Assembly: GCA_020184695.1 (NCBI GenBank)
Contig: JAANOX010000088.1
Span: forward strand, 1 to 64,000
Source: Histomonas meleagridis 2922-C6/04-290x
Taxonomy: Eukaryota > Protista > Parabasalia
Direction of reading: 5' to 3'
DNA length: 64,000 bases
Shown: piece by piece, positions 23,046 to 33,793 of the stretch
Numbering within the stretch: position 1 is the first letter of the stretch
How the letters are laid out: the number at the start of each line of letters is the position of its first letter
Translations under genes and position numbers: made by a program
The notes under the pieces: model-generated
What the model saw: the letters and a program-made list of their open reading frames with translations, nothing else
What the model was told of the DNA's origin: nothing
Database searches by the model: none

Positions 23046-23367
23046 TTATACAAATGGATGAAGAAGAATTCTTGTGATGGTAAAACATTTTGTAAATGAA
23101 GGAAAATTAATTATACATACGAATGGATAAAAAAGAGTTCTTGTGATGGTAAAACATTTTGTAAATGAAGGAAAATTAATTATACATACGAATGGGTGAA
23201 GAAGAATTCTTGTGATGGTAAAACATTTTGTAAATGAAGGAAAATTAATTATACATACGAATTGATGAAGAAGAATTCTTGTGATGGTAAAACATTTTGT
23301 AAATGAAGGAAAATTAATTATACATACGAATTGATGAAGAAGAATTCTTGTGATGGTAAAACATTTT
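23046..23367. repeat. 69-bp tandem minisatellite, ~4.6 copies
   Basis: TTCTTGTGATGG recurs at 23069, 23138, 23207, 23276 and 23345 (exact 69-bp period). Unit: ATGGATGAAGAAGAATTCTTGTGATGGTAAAACATTTTGTAAATGAAGGAAAATTAATTATACATACGA. Confidence 0.97.
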
Positions 23368-23741
23368 TATTGTAATGAAATTAATTTATGTAAATGATTG
23401 AAAAAGAATTCTTACATTGTTATGTGATTAACTATGCGAATGATAGCCCTACAGGAATAATGAGAACCGAAACCATTGGATTGTATTCGAATTTAATTCG
23501 AGATGATTGAAGAAGAATTTTTGTGAAATTTTCTAAAAACTTGACGATAAATTCAATCAATAATTAATATACAGAGAAAAAAAAATAATTTATTAAGCAT
23601 TCAGCTAGTAACTTAATAGGTATAATATAAATCAAACTAAATCATAACTTAACTTTGTAACGTACTTGACGGTTATGATCCGGTCAATTTTCAATGCGGT
23701 TATTCCCGGTCAATTTAATTTTAGGCATTTCCCAAGACTGC

Positions 23742-24104
23742 ATGGCACGGGAGTTTATAATGGAAAATGATGGTTATCTTGAGATATTGGGTTACGAGGA
23801 CGAAAACAGTTTTGAACCGAGTTTTAAATATGTTGCAGAAACTATAATATTTAAACATTATGATTTTATTCGTAAATTTAGAAACAAGCATTTTATTATA
23901 TATAATGAACATATGTTTCATGAACTGCAACTTTGCGGTGGTCCCACCTACGATACATATAGAAAAATTATGTCTCTTTCAGACGATTTATTTTCTGATT
24001 CAACTGATGAAGAAAAAAAATTATTTAATGATTATAATGCTGATATTCATTGTCTGGACGAGATATTATATAAGTTCAAATCTGAAATTTTAGCAAAGAT
24101 ATGA
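23742..24104 (+). CDS. Small acidic hypothetical protein (120 aa)
   Basis: ATG at 23742 (MAREFIMENDGYLEIL...) in an open frame with protein-like composition; no recognised domain. Confidence 0.55.
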   Translation: MAREFIMENDGYLEILGYEDENSFEPSFKYVAETIIFKHYDFIRKFRNKHFIIYNEHMFHELQLCGGPTYDTYRKIMSLSDDLFSDSTDEEKKLFNDYNADIHCLDEILYKFKSEILAKI

Positions 24105-24239
24105 TACGTATCCGACTGAGGATTTTCTTATCAAATCAAAAGGATTTAATGTGATATAGTAAATATTATTTAAATCCTAAATTTGCTTAAAAAATATGTT
24201 TTTAATTTTAGATGAAAAAAATCAAATAATTGTTATTTT

Positions 24240-24990
24240 ATTTATGGTTTGCATTCAAAGCAACACCACCAATTGATACACCAGCAATCATTTTTGTTTG
24301 ATCTGGTTTGATAATTCTCAGGTTCAATTGTAGAATATGATTCTTTTGTATGATTGACATCATAATTCTTGTAATTCTTAATATATTTCAAACATAAAGT
24401 AATATCATAAATAAAATGTACTTTTTTAAGATACATGGTTCAAATACATAATATTCATTTGATTTAAGATCTTCTCAACAATTAAAAAATGCACCATTAA
24501 AAATGACTTTAATTAAAGTGACTGAGTTTGGAATACGTTTTTTTTGAAAGACGAGTTGAAAATATTTTTTCTTCAATTATTTTATTTTCAATGATTATAA
24601 TATTTTCGAATTATTGCACATACAAAATGCAAATTTAGATATTAAAGTAACTGAATTTGGAATTGTGGTATTGTTTAATGAGGAACAATATGATAAAGAA
24701 TAACTCCCAATTGTTTTTATATTTTCATTAATGATAACTGTTTCTAAACTAGAACAACCATAAAATGAATCACAACCAATTGATTCTATTAAATCCGGAA
24801 TTATAATTTATGTAAATGAAATTAATATTTCACCTGCAGCATTATGCTTGATAGATATAAACTTTTCCTCAACAAAGCTCCTATACTTCTCCTGGTCTAT
24901 TTTTCCATATCCGTTGTATGTTATTATTATATTTGGATAACAATTTCTAATTTTTCTTTTTCAATCCCACCAAAAACCATTTACATTAAA
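24240..24990 (-). pseudogene. Fragmented BspA-like pseudogene
   Basis: The reverse strand gives KIIIPDLIESIGCDSFYGCSSLETVIINENIKTIGSYSLSYCSSLNNTTIPNSVTLISKFAF (~24600-24810), further IPNSVT fragments, and a truncated TM start MIAGVSIGGVAL (~24250-24290), with stops and frameshifts. Confidence 0.8.
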
Positions 24991-25239
24991 ATTTTTGCTT
25001 AACAAATAATTATTTAAGCAATCTTTTCAAGAAAAAAAACTTGTGCTTTTATCATATTTCTTTATGTAAACATATGTTTGATGACCAAGGAACAATTAAA
25101 ACCATAAAATATATAAATATTTCGATTTTTACTGGATTGTAAATGTTCGATTCTATTGATCCCTCTATACAAACATGGAAAATTCACTTTTGATGTGCAA
25201 ATAATCGTTTTATACTCAAAAAGTCGAAATCAAGTTAAG

Positions 25240-26193
25240 TTATTGCCCGCCAAAAATAAATTGGTTTCTATCATCTGCCTGTCTGTTCGCTCTAAAACCG
25301 TTATTACGGTTATTTGGGCTGCCCCTAACTCCGAAAAACCTGTTTGGAGGGGGAGGACGTGGTGCATTGTTCCACGGTTGATTTGCCATGTCACCGTGTG
25401 CATTCACTGTGTTTCCAAATGGATTTTCAGTTCCACCTCGAATCCGACCAAATGGACCATATTGGATCTGTAGGCCATTAGAGTTATTAACGCTATGTGT
25501 GCCATTATCTGTACTCCGACTTTGTTGTCGTAAAAAGGCATTTCTAATAAGGTCTTCTAATGTGATTTGATGCACATAATTATTTGGACCGGAAATTGTT
25601 GGATGAATGGGATGGCCATCACCTCCATCTGCACCATGTCGACTAAATAAATATGTTACGTCTGATGAATCCTCATCTTCATCTTCGTCTTCGAAATTTC
25701 TCTGTTGAAACATATCAAAGAACATTGGTTCAGTATTAACTTCGCGCATGAGTGTAATTTTTATGGTTTCACGAACTTGTGGTGGTGCATCTTTCGGTTT
25801 AAAAGGATCATGTATGAATGGAACATATTGTAAATCAATGTTAATAATACTTTTTGTGTTAATATCCTGTGTAAGGTTTAACATAAGACTTTTTTCAATT
25901 ACTTCATATAAATTTAAATTTTCAACATTTAACTCACAATCTCCAATATCCAAATCTTCGCCAAAAACATCATGGTTTCGAACTCGAAAACGCAGTGTTT
26001 TAACATTTTCATTCCTTTTAAGCGGTATTGTCAAAATTTGATTCCAGAAAGGATTAACATTATTATCAATAACTCTTGTTTGAATTACATTTAATTTAGA
26101 ATTTAAATCAACAACAACATATGGGTCAATTGTATCAAGTGGATTTTTTCGTGGAAGGTTAGAAGCTGATTTTATTCTTAAACAAAGCTTCAT
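25240..26193 (-). CDS. C2-domain protein with low-complexity Asn/Pro/Gly-rich C-terminus
   Basis: N-terminal C2 motifs IKSASNLP, IDPYVVV, TRVIDNNVNPFWNQ, LRFRVRNHDVFGEDLDIG. Confidence 0.88.
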   Translation of the reverse strand: MKLCLRIKSASNLPRKNPLDTIDPYVVVDLNSKLNVIQTRVIDNNVNPFWNQILTIPLKRNENVKTLRFRVRNHDVFGEDLDIGDCELNVENLNLYEVIEKSLMLNLTQDINTKSIINIDLQYVPFIHDPFKPKDAPPQVRETIKITLMREVNTEPMFFDMFQQRNFEDEDEDEDSSDVTYLFSRHGADGGDGHPIHPTISGPNNYVHQITLEDLIRNAFLRQQSRSTDNGTHSVNNSNGLQIQYGPFGRIRGGTENPFGNTVNAHGDMANQPWNNAPRPPPPNRFFGVRGSPNNRNNGFRANRQADDRNQFIFGGQ

Positions 26194-27605
26194 TTGATAT
26201 TAACGAACATAGTCAATTTATTGTGTAGTTTATAATGCCGATGGAATTCCATATTTTCGAAGATACTGGCTTCAACTGTGTATAGTGCATTTTATTTAAA
26301 TAAATCTTTGATAAATTTAACAACTCCAGTAGCTTCAATCAATCAACATTTTCTGTGTAACTGTTTAACTCGCATGTTAAAAAAATAAGAATTGGAAAAA
26401 TGTAAAATTGCTTGAAAATAGAACATTACATTGACATTTATGTATTTAGCTAAACTTAAATATTTAAGTAATTCTTCGACAATAATTTTCTTGCCTAAGA
26501 AAGTTTTTATGAAAATTATTCATTAATTAGAAATTTATAATCAGATTATTAAATCGTTATTCTGCAATCACAATAGGTTGGGTTTATTTTTTGTGAAGAT
26601 TTTGTATTTATGTAATCCAACAACAATATAAACACATTTTCATTTAAATGTTCAATGATTGATGCACCTTCTACAATGGTTGTGAAAGGATAAATTTTAA
26701 CAATTTTTCTATTACCAAAGAATCAACCAATCATTTTTTTAAACTTTGCTATTCATAATGAACCTCCGACTAAAATAAAAAACACTTGTATTAGTTTTAA
26801 CAGCATCCATCAAGTTTTCGATGGTATATAAAACTTAATAAAATAGATTATTAATAATTACTTATAAACAATTCCATTATAAAGCACGGAAAATAAATAT
26901 TTCCCGATCGGATGTTTGCTAACACAATTTTTGCTTTTTCACACTGATTTATCATGAAAATTTTTGACCTTTTTTTTCGCTATACATTTATATTCCTCTT
27001 CCAACAATGGGTGATGAATAAGATGTAGACCTAATATTTTATAAATATATTGGTTATCGAATTGTGAATTACTTACTGATTGAGCACACTTTGTTGTTAT
27101 CAAGTTACTTGAGAGCCAAAATCAATAACAAAATTGGTTTTTTTATTTGAATAAACAACAAATAATATGGAATCAATAAAGTGCTAATATTTAACACTGC
27201 TAATTCATATGCCTTAATGGTTGTTACACGTTGATACTATTGTAATAAATTAAACTTTGATAACAGCATTAATTTCTGTAGATATGAAAGGATATACATA
27301 AGTTAATGGATGTAGAATTACGTGTGTATAAACGTTAGTTTTAAACAAGAGGAAAATATCATTTCACAGATCCACCACCACCAAAAAACTCAGATGAAAT
27401 TATAAAATAATTATTAATGTATCAAATATTAAATTTCGAATAGCAACTAATTTTATTGAAAATATACTGACCCTTTTAGGAAAAAATTGCATAGTGACAA
27501 TTCAAGCCTTGAACACGACTGACAGATAGAATGCTCCAACATAAATTAGCGAATTTCCATTACACAAATTGAACACAAAAAAATATATTTAACATATTTA
27601 TCAAA

Positions 27606-28409
27606 TCAAACATATGAAATCGGACTCGGATTTGGTGCCAAATCTTCCATTTTATGATAGTCTTCATGAAGCTTATTTGTTACTGATATGAGTTGATTTA
27701 CATGTGCTCGATATGCTCTTTGAAACTTGTTTTGTTCACGTTCTAAGTTATTATGTGATGGATGCTTTGAAAACTTCTTTGGGGGTATAGGATTGTGAGG
27801 ATGCATTTTTGGAGATTCCATTGATTTGAACTCAGTTGCTGTAAATTCTGGAAAACTAGTTTCGGTGGGTGAGTCACGGAAGTTATGGGATTTGAGAGCG
27901 CGTTTTTGTTTACGTATTTGGCGATTAAGAATTGACTCAAGTTTTTGAACTTTTTGATTTAGCTCCTTTTGACATTCACTTAGTTTCATGTTTTGAAGGT
28001 TTGTTTTTTCATCAATTGGATTTGTTTTGGGCTTTTTTTGATTTATTATTGGACTTGGTAAATCTCGATTATCCTTATGTGGGTGTGTTTTTTGCTTGTC
28101 AGCTGATTTTTGTTTTTTGAGTGATTCACATAGTTCATTGACCAGGTCAACTAAAATTGTTCTTTTTTCATTTCCATTATTTGCACAAATTTTTTTAGTT
28201 GGTAAAACTTTGCTAATCATCGAAACAAGAAGCATCCAAGTAGTGTTCCATCGATCAATTTCATACTTGGGATTTTCATTTTGAATAGGCTGAACATCAG
28301 AGCTAAAATCTGAACCTATGATTTCGTCTTCTTCGCTACTTAGCTTGTCTATTAATTTTTTATATTTTCTTTTTAATGATTCGTATTCTGCTGATTGTTC
28401 TTCTTCCAT
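27606..28409 (-). CDS. Hypothetical coiled-coil protein
   Basis: 267-aa ATG ORF with heptad-like segments (ECQKELNQKVQKLESIL); no known domain recognised. Confidence 0.7.
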   Translation of the reverse strand: MEEEQSAEYESLKRKYKKLIDKLSSEEDEIIGSDFSSDVQPIQNENPKYEIDRWNTTWMLLVSMISKVLPTKKICANNGNEKRTILVDLVNELCESLKKQKSADKQKTHPHKDNRDLPSPIINQKKPKTNPIDEKTNLQNMKLSECQKELNQKVQKLESILNRQIRKQKRALKSHNFRDSPTETSFPEFTATEFKSMESPKMHPHNPIPPKKFSKHPSHNNLEREQNKFQRAYRAHVNQLISVTNKLHEDYHKMEDLAPNPSPISYV

Positions 28410-29110
28410 TTTATGTACGTTTAAAATAAATTTTCAAGATCAAACCAACTTTAAAGAACTTCAGACTCAGAACATAAGTATCATAAATTTCTTAAAATAT
28501 CAAATTAAATTTTGGTCAATTTTTTTACCATTTTTCTGAAATGTAATTTTTCAATAATTAAATTTGTTGTTTGTTTAATTTAAAAGTAGAGATATTAATA
28601 AATGCAAACTCTAAGGAAAATTTCAATAAAATCAAATTTACAATAAGTTGAACTCCTTTTAAGGAATAAGGATTTAAACCTTCGGCTACTCAGCAAGAAC
28701 TATAGTTTCACAAAAAAATCATTACGTATAAAGAAGGTATGTTCTCAATTAATAAGGTTTAAGTAAATGTACAAGCTGTACATAATACATCAGCTGATTT
28801 TATTGCATTGTAATTAAACCAAAAAATTTTACTTTTAATTTTTATAAAAATTAGAAGGGTTGATATGAAAATAATTAAGCATTTTGAAAAATCATATAAA
28901 TATTTATTACATTGAGATAAAATGTTCATTTTGATTTTAACCACCACTTCGGTTCACATTTATGAATTTTATTAATGGGAAACACTGAGAGTGATGAAAA
29001 TTCACACCCAAATAGCCAGAATACAATGTTTCAGCATAGAACGTAAATAAAAAGTGCTAAAATTTTAACGTACACCAAAAATTTAAACGTCCTTTTTATT
29101 TACATTTTCA

Positions 29111-31492
29111 ATGGACGAAGAACAGCAAAAGATCCTTTCAAGAATCAAAGAGATTGTTACCACACATAGTATAGACGTTGAAAAAGAACTCGGAAATTAT
29201 GATCGGAAACAAACAGGTGTCATTTCGTCAATTTCTTTGCATCGTTGGATTTCTTCTTTAGGTCTTTCTTTAGACAACCAACAAATACGCATGCTTGCTG
29301 ATTACTATTCTGCTGGTCCTGGCGTTGATATCCAAAGGTTTGTTCAAGATCTAAATCAAGCACTTCGACCTGTTGAAATTCGAAGCACAAAGCTTTCACC
29401 ATGTGTTAATGAACTTCGAGAACTAAACAGAATCCTTTCAGAAAGATATCAAACCATTCGAGAAGCTATGAAACCATACGATAAACTTAACGTAGGAAAA
29501 GTCACAATAGAAAACTTTTATAGAGCTGTTGGTGGAACCCCATCGAACAAGATGATTGTTCGGTATTATGCTGATACTATTACAGGTCTTGTTGATTATT
29601 TGAATATTCAAAATGATTTATTATTCTTAAATGAAAAATCCAAACCACAAAGCAAGGAAGAAGATCTCAACCTTCCACCATATTTTGAACAAATTGTACG
29701 ATATGTTCGTTCACATGGCATTGAAATCAGATCTTTATTTTCCAGATCAGATCCAGGAAACACTGGTTATGTCTCATCCAACATTTTCTTTTCTACCATT
29801 AGTTCCTTAGGCCGTAATCTTTCACCTGATCAAATCCAAGAAATTGTCAAATGTTTTTCCAAAGGGAATAATCGTTATTCTTACATGTTACTTCTTAAAG
29901 CCATAAGTAATTATGATCTTCCACCTCTTCAAACCACCACTGCATTTTGGGGAGTTGCTCCTGTACCAGAGAAACTTAATCCGCAAACGATCATCAAACG
30001 CATTCAAGAAACCGTTCAAAACCGCCACATTGACATTGCGTATTATTTCGAACCACTTCGACAAGAAAACCCAACGAGTACCACCAAATCCAAATTCCAT
30101 CGCGTGATATCCAATTTAGGCTTAGGGTTAACAGGTGATGACATTGATTTATTATGTACAATGTTTCCAAGTCCATATAACAGTGTCAATTATCAGTCAT
30201 TTATTGACACAGTATCAACGAAAATCCCAACCAAAGAGTATACAACTGAAGATATCATCACACGCCTTAAGAAATATTTATTAGAAACGAAACAACAATT
30301 ATCGAATGTGATACAACGATTTGATCGAGAAAACAGTGGCGAAATAACATTATCACAGTTAACATCTGCTTTTAACTTTGTTCGATTTGAGATATTACCA
30401 CAAGAACTTAATGTAATTTATGAAACATTTCCAGGTAAAACAAATGGAACAATTTCATGGCAACGATTATGCAAAGTTTGTGATCCGAAACATTCGGAAT
30501 TACCACCGAATGAATTAGAATTACGGACAATGCAACTTATTAATACTGAATCAATACCAACGAATAATTTACCACCGAAACAAATATTAGAAATATTAAT
30601 TCGTATTAATAAATGTTTAGAAGAAAATGGAATTGATCTTAATGGGAAATTCCATCAAATCGATCGCCGTAAAATTGGAAATATTTCACAAGAAGATTAT
30701 GTACAAGTTATAACTAATTTACCAATACAAATTACACCGATTAACATCAGAGTATTAATTGGTTATTATCGAATAATGGGAACAAATAAAATCGATTATG
30801 TTAAAATGAGTTGCGACTTATTACGAGTTCTAAATTATATTAAAGAAGAAGATGCAAAACCAAAACCTGAATTAGATTCACCCAAGAAAATACTTCCGAA
30901 GATAACCAACAAAAATATACACATTTTGTTACAAAGATATAAAAAGTTTTGTTTAAATAAAGATATTGATCCATTATATACATTTAAGTCAATCGATTTA
31001 AATGAAATCGGATTAATTCAATCTTATAAAGTTTTGGACTGCTTTAGAAATATTAAATTTAATATTCATCGTGAAGAAGTCGAAGAATTAATTAATATAT
31101 TTAAAGATGATAAGAAAAGTTATATGTTTAACTACGAATTATTCGGTGACGTAATTAATGATGAAATTATTACCGTAAATTCGCCTTCATTAAAGGCATC
31201 TCAACCTTTGACAGCGGAAATTAATAGAGAAGTTATGAACATATGTTCAATGATAAAAGAAAAATTAAGTGAAAGAAATCGATCGATCTTCATGTTGTTT
31301 AGAAACGTAAACGTCGATTTTATGGACGAAAACGAGTTTAAAGATAAATTGTTGAGTTTGAATATAGTGATAACTATGAATCAAATTAATGCTATAATTA
31401 GAAAATACGAAAACGAAAAATTGGGTAAAATCGATTGGAAAAAGTTTTGCGATGATGTCGAGGCTTCGAAAACTGTCGGTGTGTTCTATTAA
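29111..31492 (+). CDS. Multi-EF-hand protein
   Basis: Repeated EF-hand-like loops DRKQTGVIS, DKLNVGKVT, DPGNTGYVS, DRENSGEIT, DRRKIGNIS and DLNEIGLIQ, ending in KIDWKKFC. Confidence 0.85.
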   Translation: MDEEQQKILSRIKEIVTTHSIDVEKELGNYDRKQTGVISSISLHRWISSLGLSLDNQQIRMLADYYSAGPGVDIQRFVQDLNQALRPVEIRSTKLSPCVNELRELNRILSERYQTIREAMKPYDKLNVGKVTIENFYRAVGGTPSNKMIVRYYADTITGLVDYLNIQNDLLFLNEKSKPQSKEEDLNLPPYFEQIVRYVRSHGIEIRSLFSRSDPGNTGYVSSNIFFSTISSLGRNLSPDQIQEIVKCFSKGNNRYSYMLLLKAISNYDLPPLQTTTAFWGVAPVPEKLNPQTIIKRIQETVQNRHIDIAYYFEPLRQENPTSTTKSKFHRVISNLGLGLTGDDIDLLCTMFPSPYNSVNYQSFIDTVSTKIPTKEYTTEDIITRLKKYLLETKQQLSNVIQRFDRENSGEITLSQLTSAFNFVRFEILPQELNVIYETFPGKTNGTISWQRLCKVCDPKHSELPPNELELRTMQLINTESIPTNNLPPKQILEILIRINKCLEENGIDLNGKFHQIDRRKIGNISQEDYVQVITNLPIQITPINIRVLIGYYRIMGTNKIDYVKMSCDLLRVLNYIKEEDAKPKPELDSPKKILPKITNKNIHILLQRYKKFCLNKDIDPLYTFKSIDLNEIGLIQSYKVLDCFRNIKFNIHREEVEELINIFKDDKKSYMFNYELFGDVINDEIITVNSPSLKASQPLTAEINREVMNICSMIKEKLSERNRSIFMLFRNVNVDFMDENEFKDKLLSLNIVITMNQINAIIRKYENEKLGKIDWKKFCDDVEASKTVGVFY

Positions 31493-31559
31493 TATAACAG
31501 AAATTTTATAGTGTCTGATGAACCAATTTAAATAAACAAATGATTAAAAATTTTTTTAA

Positions 31560-32880
31560 ATTATATAATTTATTAGAGTATGTATTCCATCATATTAGAA
31601 AATTGAAAAATGCAAAGAGGACTTTGTATTATTGTTTAGATAAGAATTTGAAGATTCGGATATCATCGAACAGTATCAATTCTCTCGAAAAGTGGATACT
31701 AAAAAGTGCTTTCTATCGGTATTCTACTTTTTGTTTGATTAATCGACAAATTTGGAGAATTGAACCGATTTTGATTAGCTGTTTTTGTCATAACCACTTT
31801 TTTGGCATAAATAGAATGGATGCATTACTTCTTGAACAAAAGAATATTAATGTAAATGAAAAAACAATTTAATTCCTTTATTTGGAGTTTATTTTATTTG
31901 ATTATTGGTACATTTTAATTCGATTTGGGATTTATTAATATTATTTAAGTCACTATTTATGGATGCATGTAAAAACGGATGCACAGAAATTGCGAAAATC
32001 TTTCTTGAACAAAAAAAAATTGATATTAATGAACGAGATTTTTATAAATTTTATTTAATATTTTCTTTAATAATTTAATATTATAAAATAATATTTGAAA
32101 ATTGTTTAAATTATTTAATACAGCGCTTCTTTATGCATGCGTATATGGTCAAATTGAAATTGTTAAATTACTTTTTGAACAAGAAGGAATTGAAGTAAAT
32201 GTTAAAAATGTTAATTTTATTTTATTAAAATTTGTCTTAATTTTTCGAAATTTTAAAATAAAATTTGGAAATTAATTAGTTCATATAAAACACCAATTAT
32301 AAATGCTCATAGAGAATTTAATACTGAAATAGTTAAATTACTTCTTGAAAAAAAGAATATTGATGTGAATGGAAAGAATGTTAATTTGTTTTATTTGAAG
32401 ATAATTTTAATGATTTTGGGTTTTAAAATAATACTTGGAAATTCCTAAAATTATGTGATTCAGCGCTGATTTATGCAGCTACAAATAATCATATAGAAAT
32501 AGTTAAATCACTGTCTAAACATTAAGAAATTGATATTAATGCTAAAAATATAATTTGTTTTAATAATTTAATATTTCAAAATAATATTTGGAAATTGTTT
32601 AAATTATTTGAAACAGCACTTATATATGCATCTGAATATGGTTATACAGAAATAGTTAAATTACTTCTTGAGCAAGAAGGAATTGATATTAATGCTAAAG
32701 ATATTTATTTGTTTTATTTAAAGTTTATTATAATAGCTTTGGATTTCAAAACATTATTTGGAAATTGTTTGAACTATTTAAAACAGCACTTATGCTTGCA
32801 ACAAAAAATGGCCACACAGAAATAGTTAAAATATTGAATGAAAAATTGCAAAATACTTCGAAGTAAAACTAACAAAAAAA
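31560..32880 (+). pseudogene. Ankyrin-repeat (DUF3447-type) gene or pseudogene with repeats interrupted by ~80-nt intervening segments
   Basis: Ankyrin blocks (TALIYASEYGYTEIVKLLLEQEGIDINAKD etc.; 90 nt for complete units) separated by inserts at 31867-31949, 32040-32119, 32210-32289, 32380-32459, 32550-32612 and 32703-32782; one in-exon TAA (~32523). Confidence 0.8.
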
Positions 32881-33136
32881 TTATTTTCTGATTTTTTTTT
32901 AATGAAAATATTGTAATGCACGAAAATACCGGAAAATAACCACGAAAAAACCTGATAAAATTTAATAACTTTACATTTTTCAAATTAAAATTTTGAGTGA
33001 AGCTCAACTTAGAACAGTAACCGTCTGACTTGGATAGCTATTTGAATCGGTTGTACTCAATTATCCATTCAAATAACAAACTCATTCAAATATGACTTTT
33101 TGAAAGAATGCTTGGCAGAGGAAATTTATTTTTTTA

Positions 33137-33793
33137 ATGTATCCACAAGGTGCGTACCCACAGGCAGGTTATCAACAACCAGTCCCAGGACAACCAGCCT
33201 ATCCTCAACCAGTCCCAGGACAACCACAAATGCCAGGCCAACTACTCCCAGGTCAACCTTATCCTCAAGCACAAGGATATGGAAACGTACCACCACCAGT
33301 CCAAACATTAAGGATTTCTGGTGCAAAGATCGAAGTTAAACTTAGAACTACTGACACAGATAACGATGATAACGCTTACGTTGAAAACCTTATTGGTGAC
33401 ATAGAGTTTGACGAGACAACAAAAACATTTGTAATTAGAAATATGAGAGGTGTTGCATACGTCGATGGACTTAAGGCTGATCTTGTATTTAATCCAATTA
33501 ATGGTACTTTCAACCCAATGCGCTCTCCATCAGAACAGTATATAACTGCTTATAACAACTTCCGTAAGAACAATGGACCAATACGTCCTAATCCACCAAA
33601 GAGACCAAACCATCCAAATCAACATCCTCCAGGTCAACCAATGACACCACCAGCTTCACCTTATCCACAACAATATCCTGGTCAACCAATGCAACAATAT
33701 CCAGGACAACCTATGCAACAATATCCTGGTCAACCAATGCAACAATACCCAGGACAACCTATGCCTCCTTATGGCTCAGGTGGATACCAGTAA
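33137..33793 (+). CDS. Pro/Gln/Tyr-rich low-complexity protein with central globular segment
   Basis: 218-aa ATG ORF with YPQ/PGQP repeats at both ends, biased codon usage and a TAAA stop. Confidence 0.8.
   Translation: MYPQGAYPQAGYQQPVPGQPAYPQPVPGQPQMPGQLLPGQPYPQAQGYGNVPPPVQTLRISGAKIEVKLRTTDTDNDDNAYVENLIGDIEFDETTKTFVIRNMRGVAYVDGLKADLVFNPINGTFNPMRSPSEQYITAYNNFRKNNGPIRPNPPKRPNHPNQHPPGQPMTPPASPYPQQYPGQPMQQYPGQPMQQYPGQPMQQYPGQPMPPYGSGGYQ
33668..33763 (+). repeat. Coding 24-bp tandem repeat (QQYPGQPM x4) organised as a 48-bp dimer
   Basis: Units alternate CCTGGTCAACCA and CCAGGACAACCT, indicating duplication of a two-unit block. Confidence 0.9.

Noticed and set aside
23046-23367. Direct-repeat array as a possible CRISPR, or an open 23-codon frame on the minus strand (VCIINFPSFTKCFTITRILLHPF)
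   Set aside because: Units are contiguous with no unique spacers and no cas genes. One open frame in six is expected by chance for a 69-bp unit, and it has no start codon or LRR consensus.
28645-28705. Minus-strand sequence with A-box/B-box-like words (TAGCCGAAGG…GGAGTTCAA), a possible tRNA relic or SINE
   Set aside because: No acceptor stem or anticodon arm can be folded; evidence too weak.
32701-32774. U12-type AT-AC intron reading of ankyrin insert 6
   Set aside because: It lacks the ATATCCTT 5' consensus, would give a 32-aa repeat, and the AC is not conserved in other inserts.
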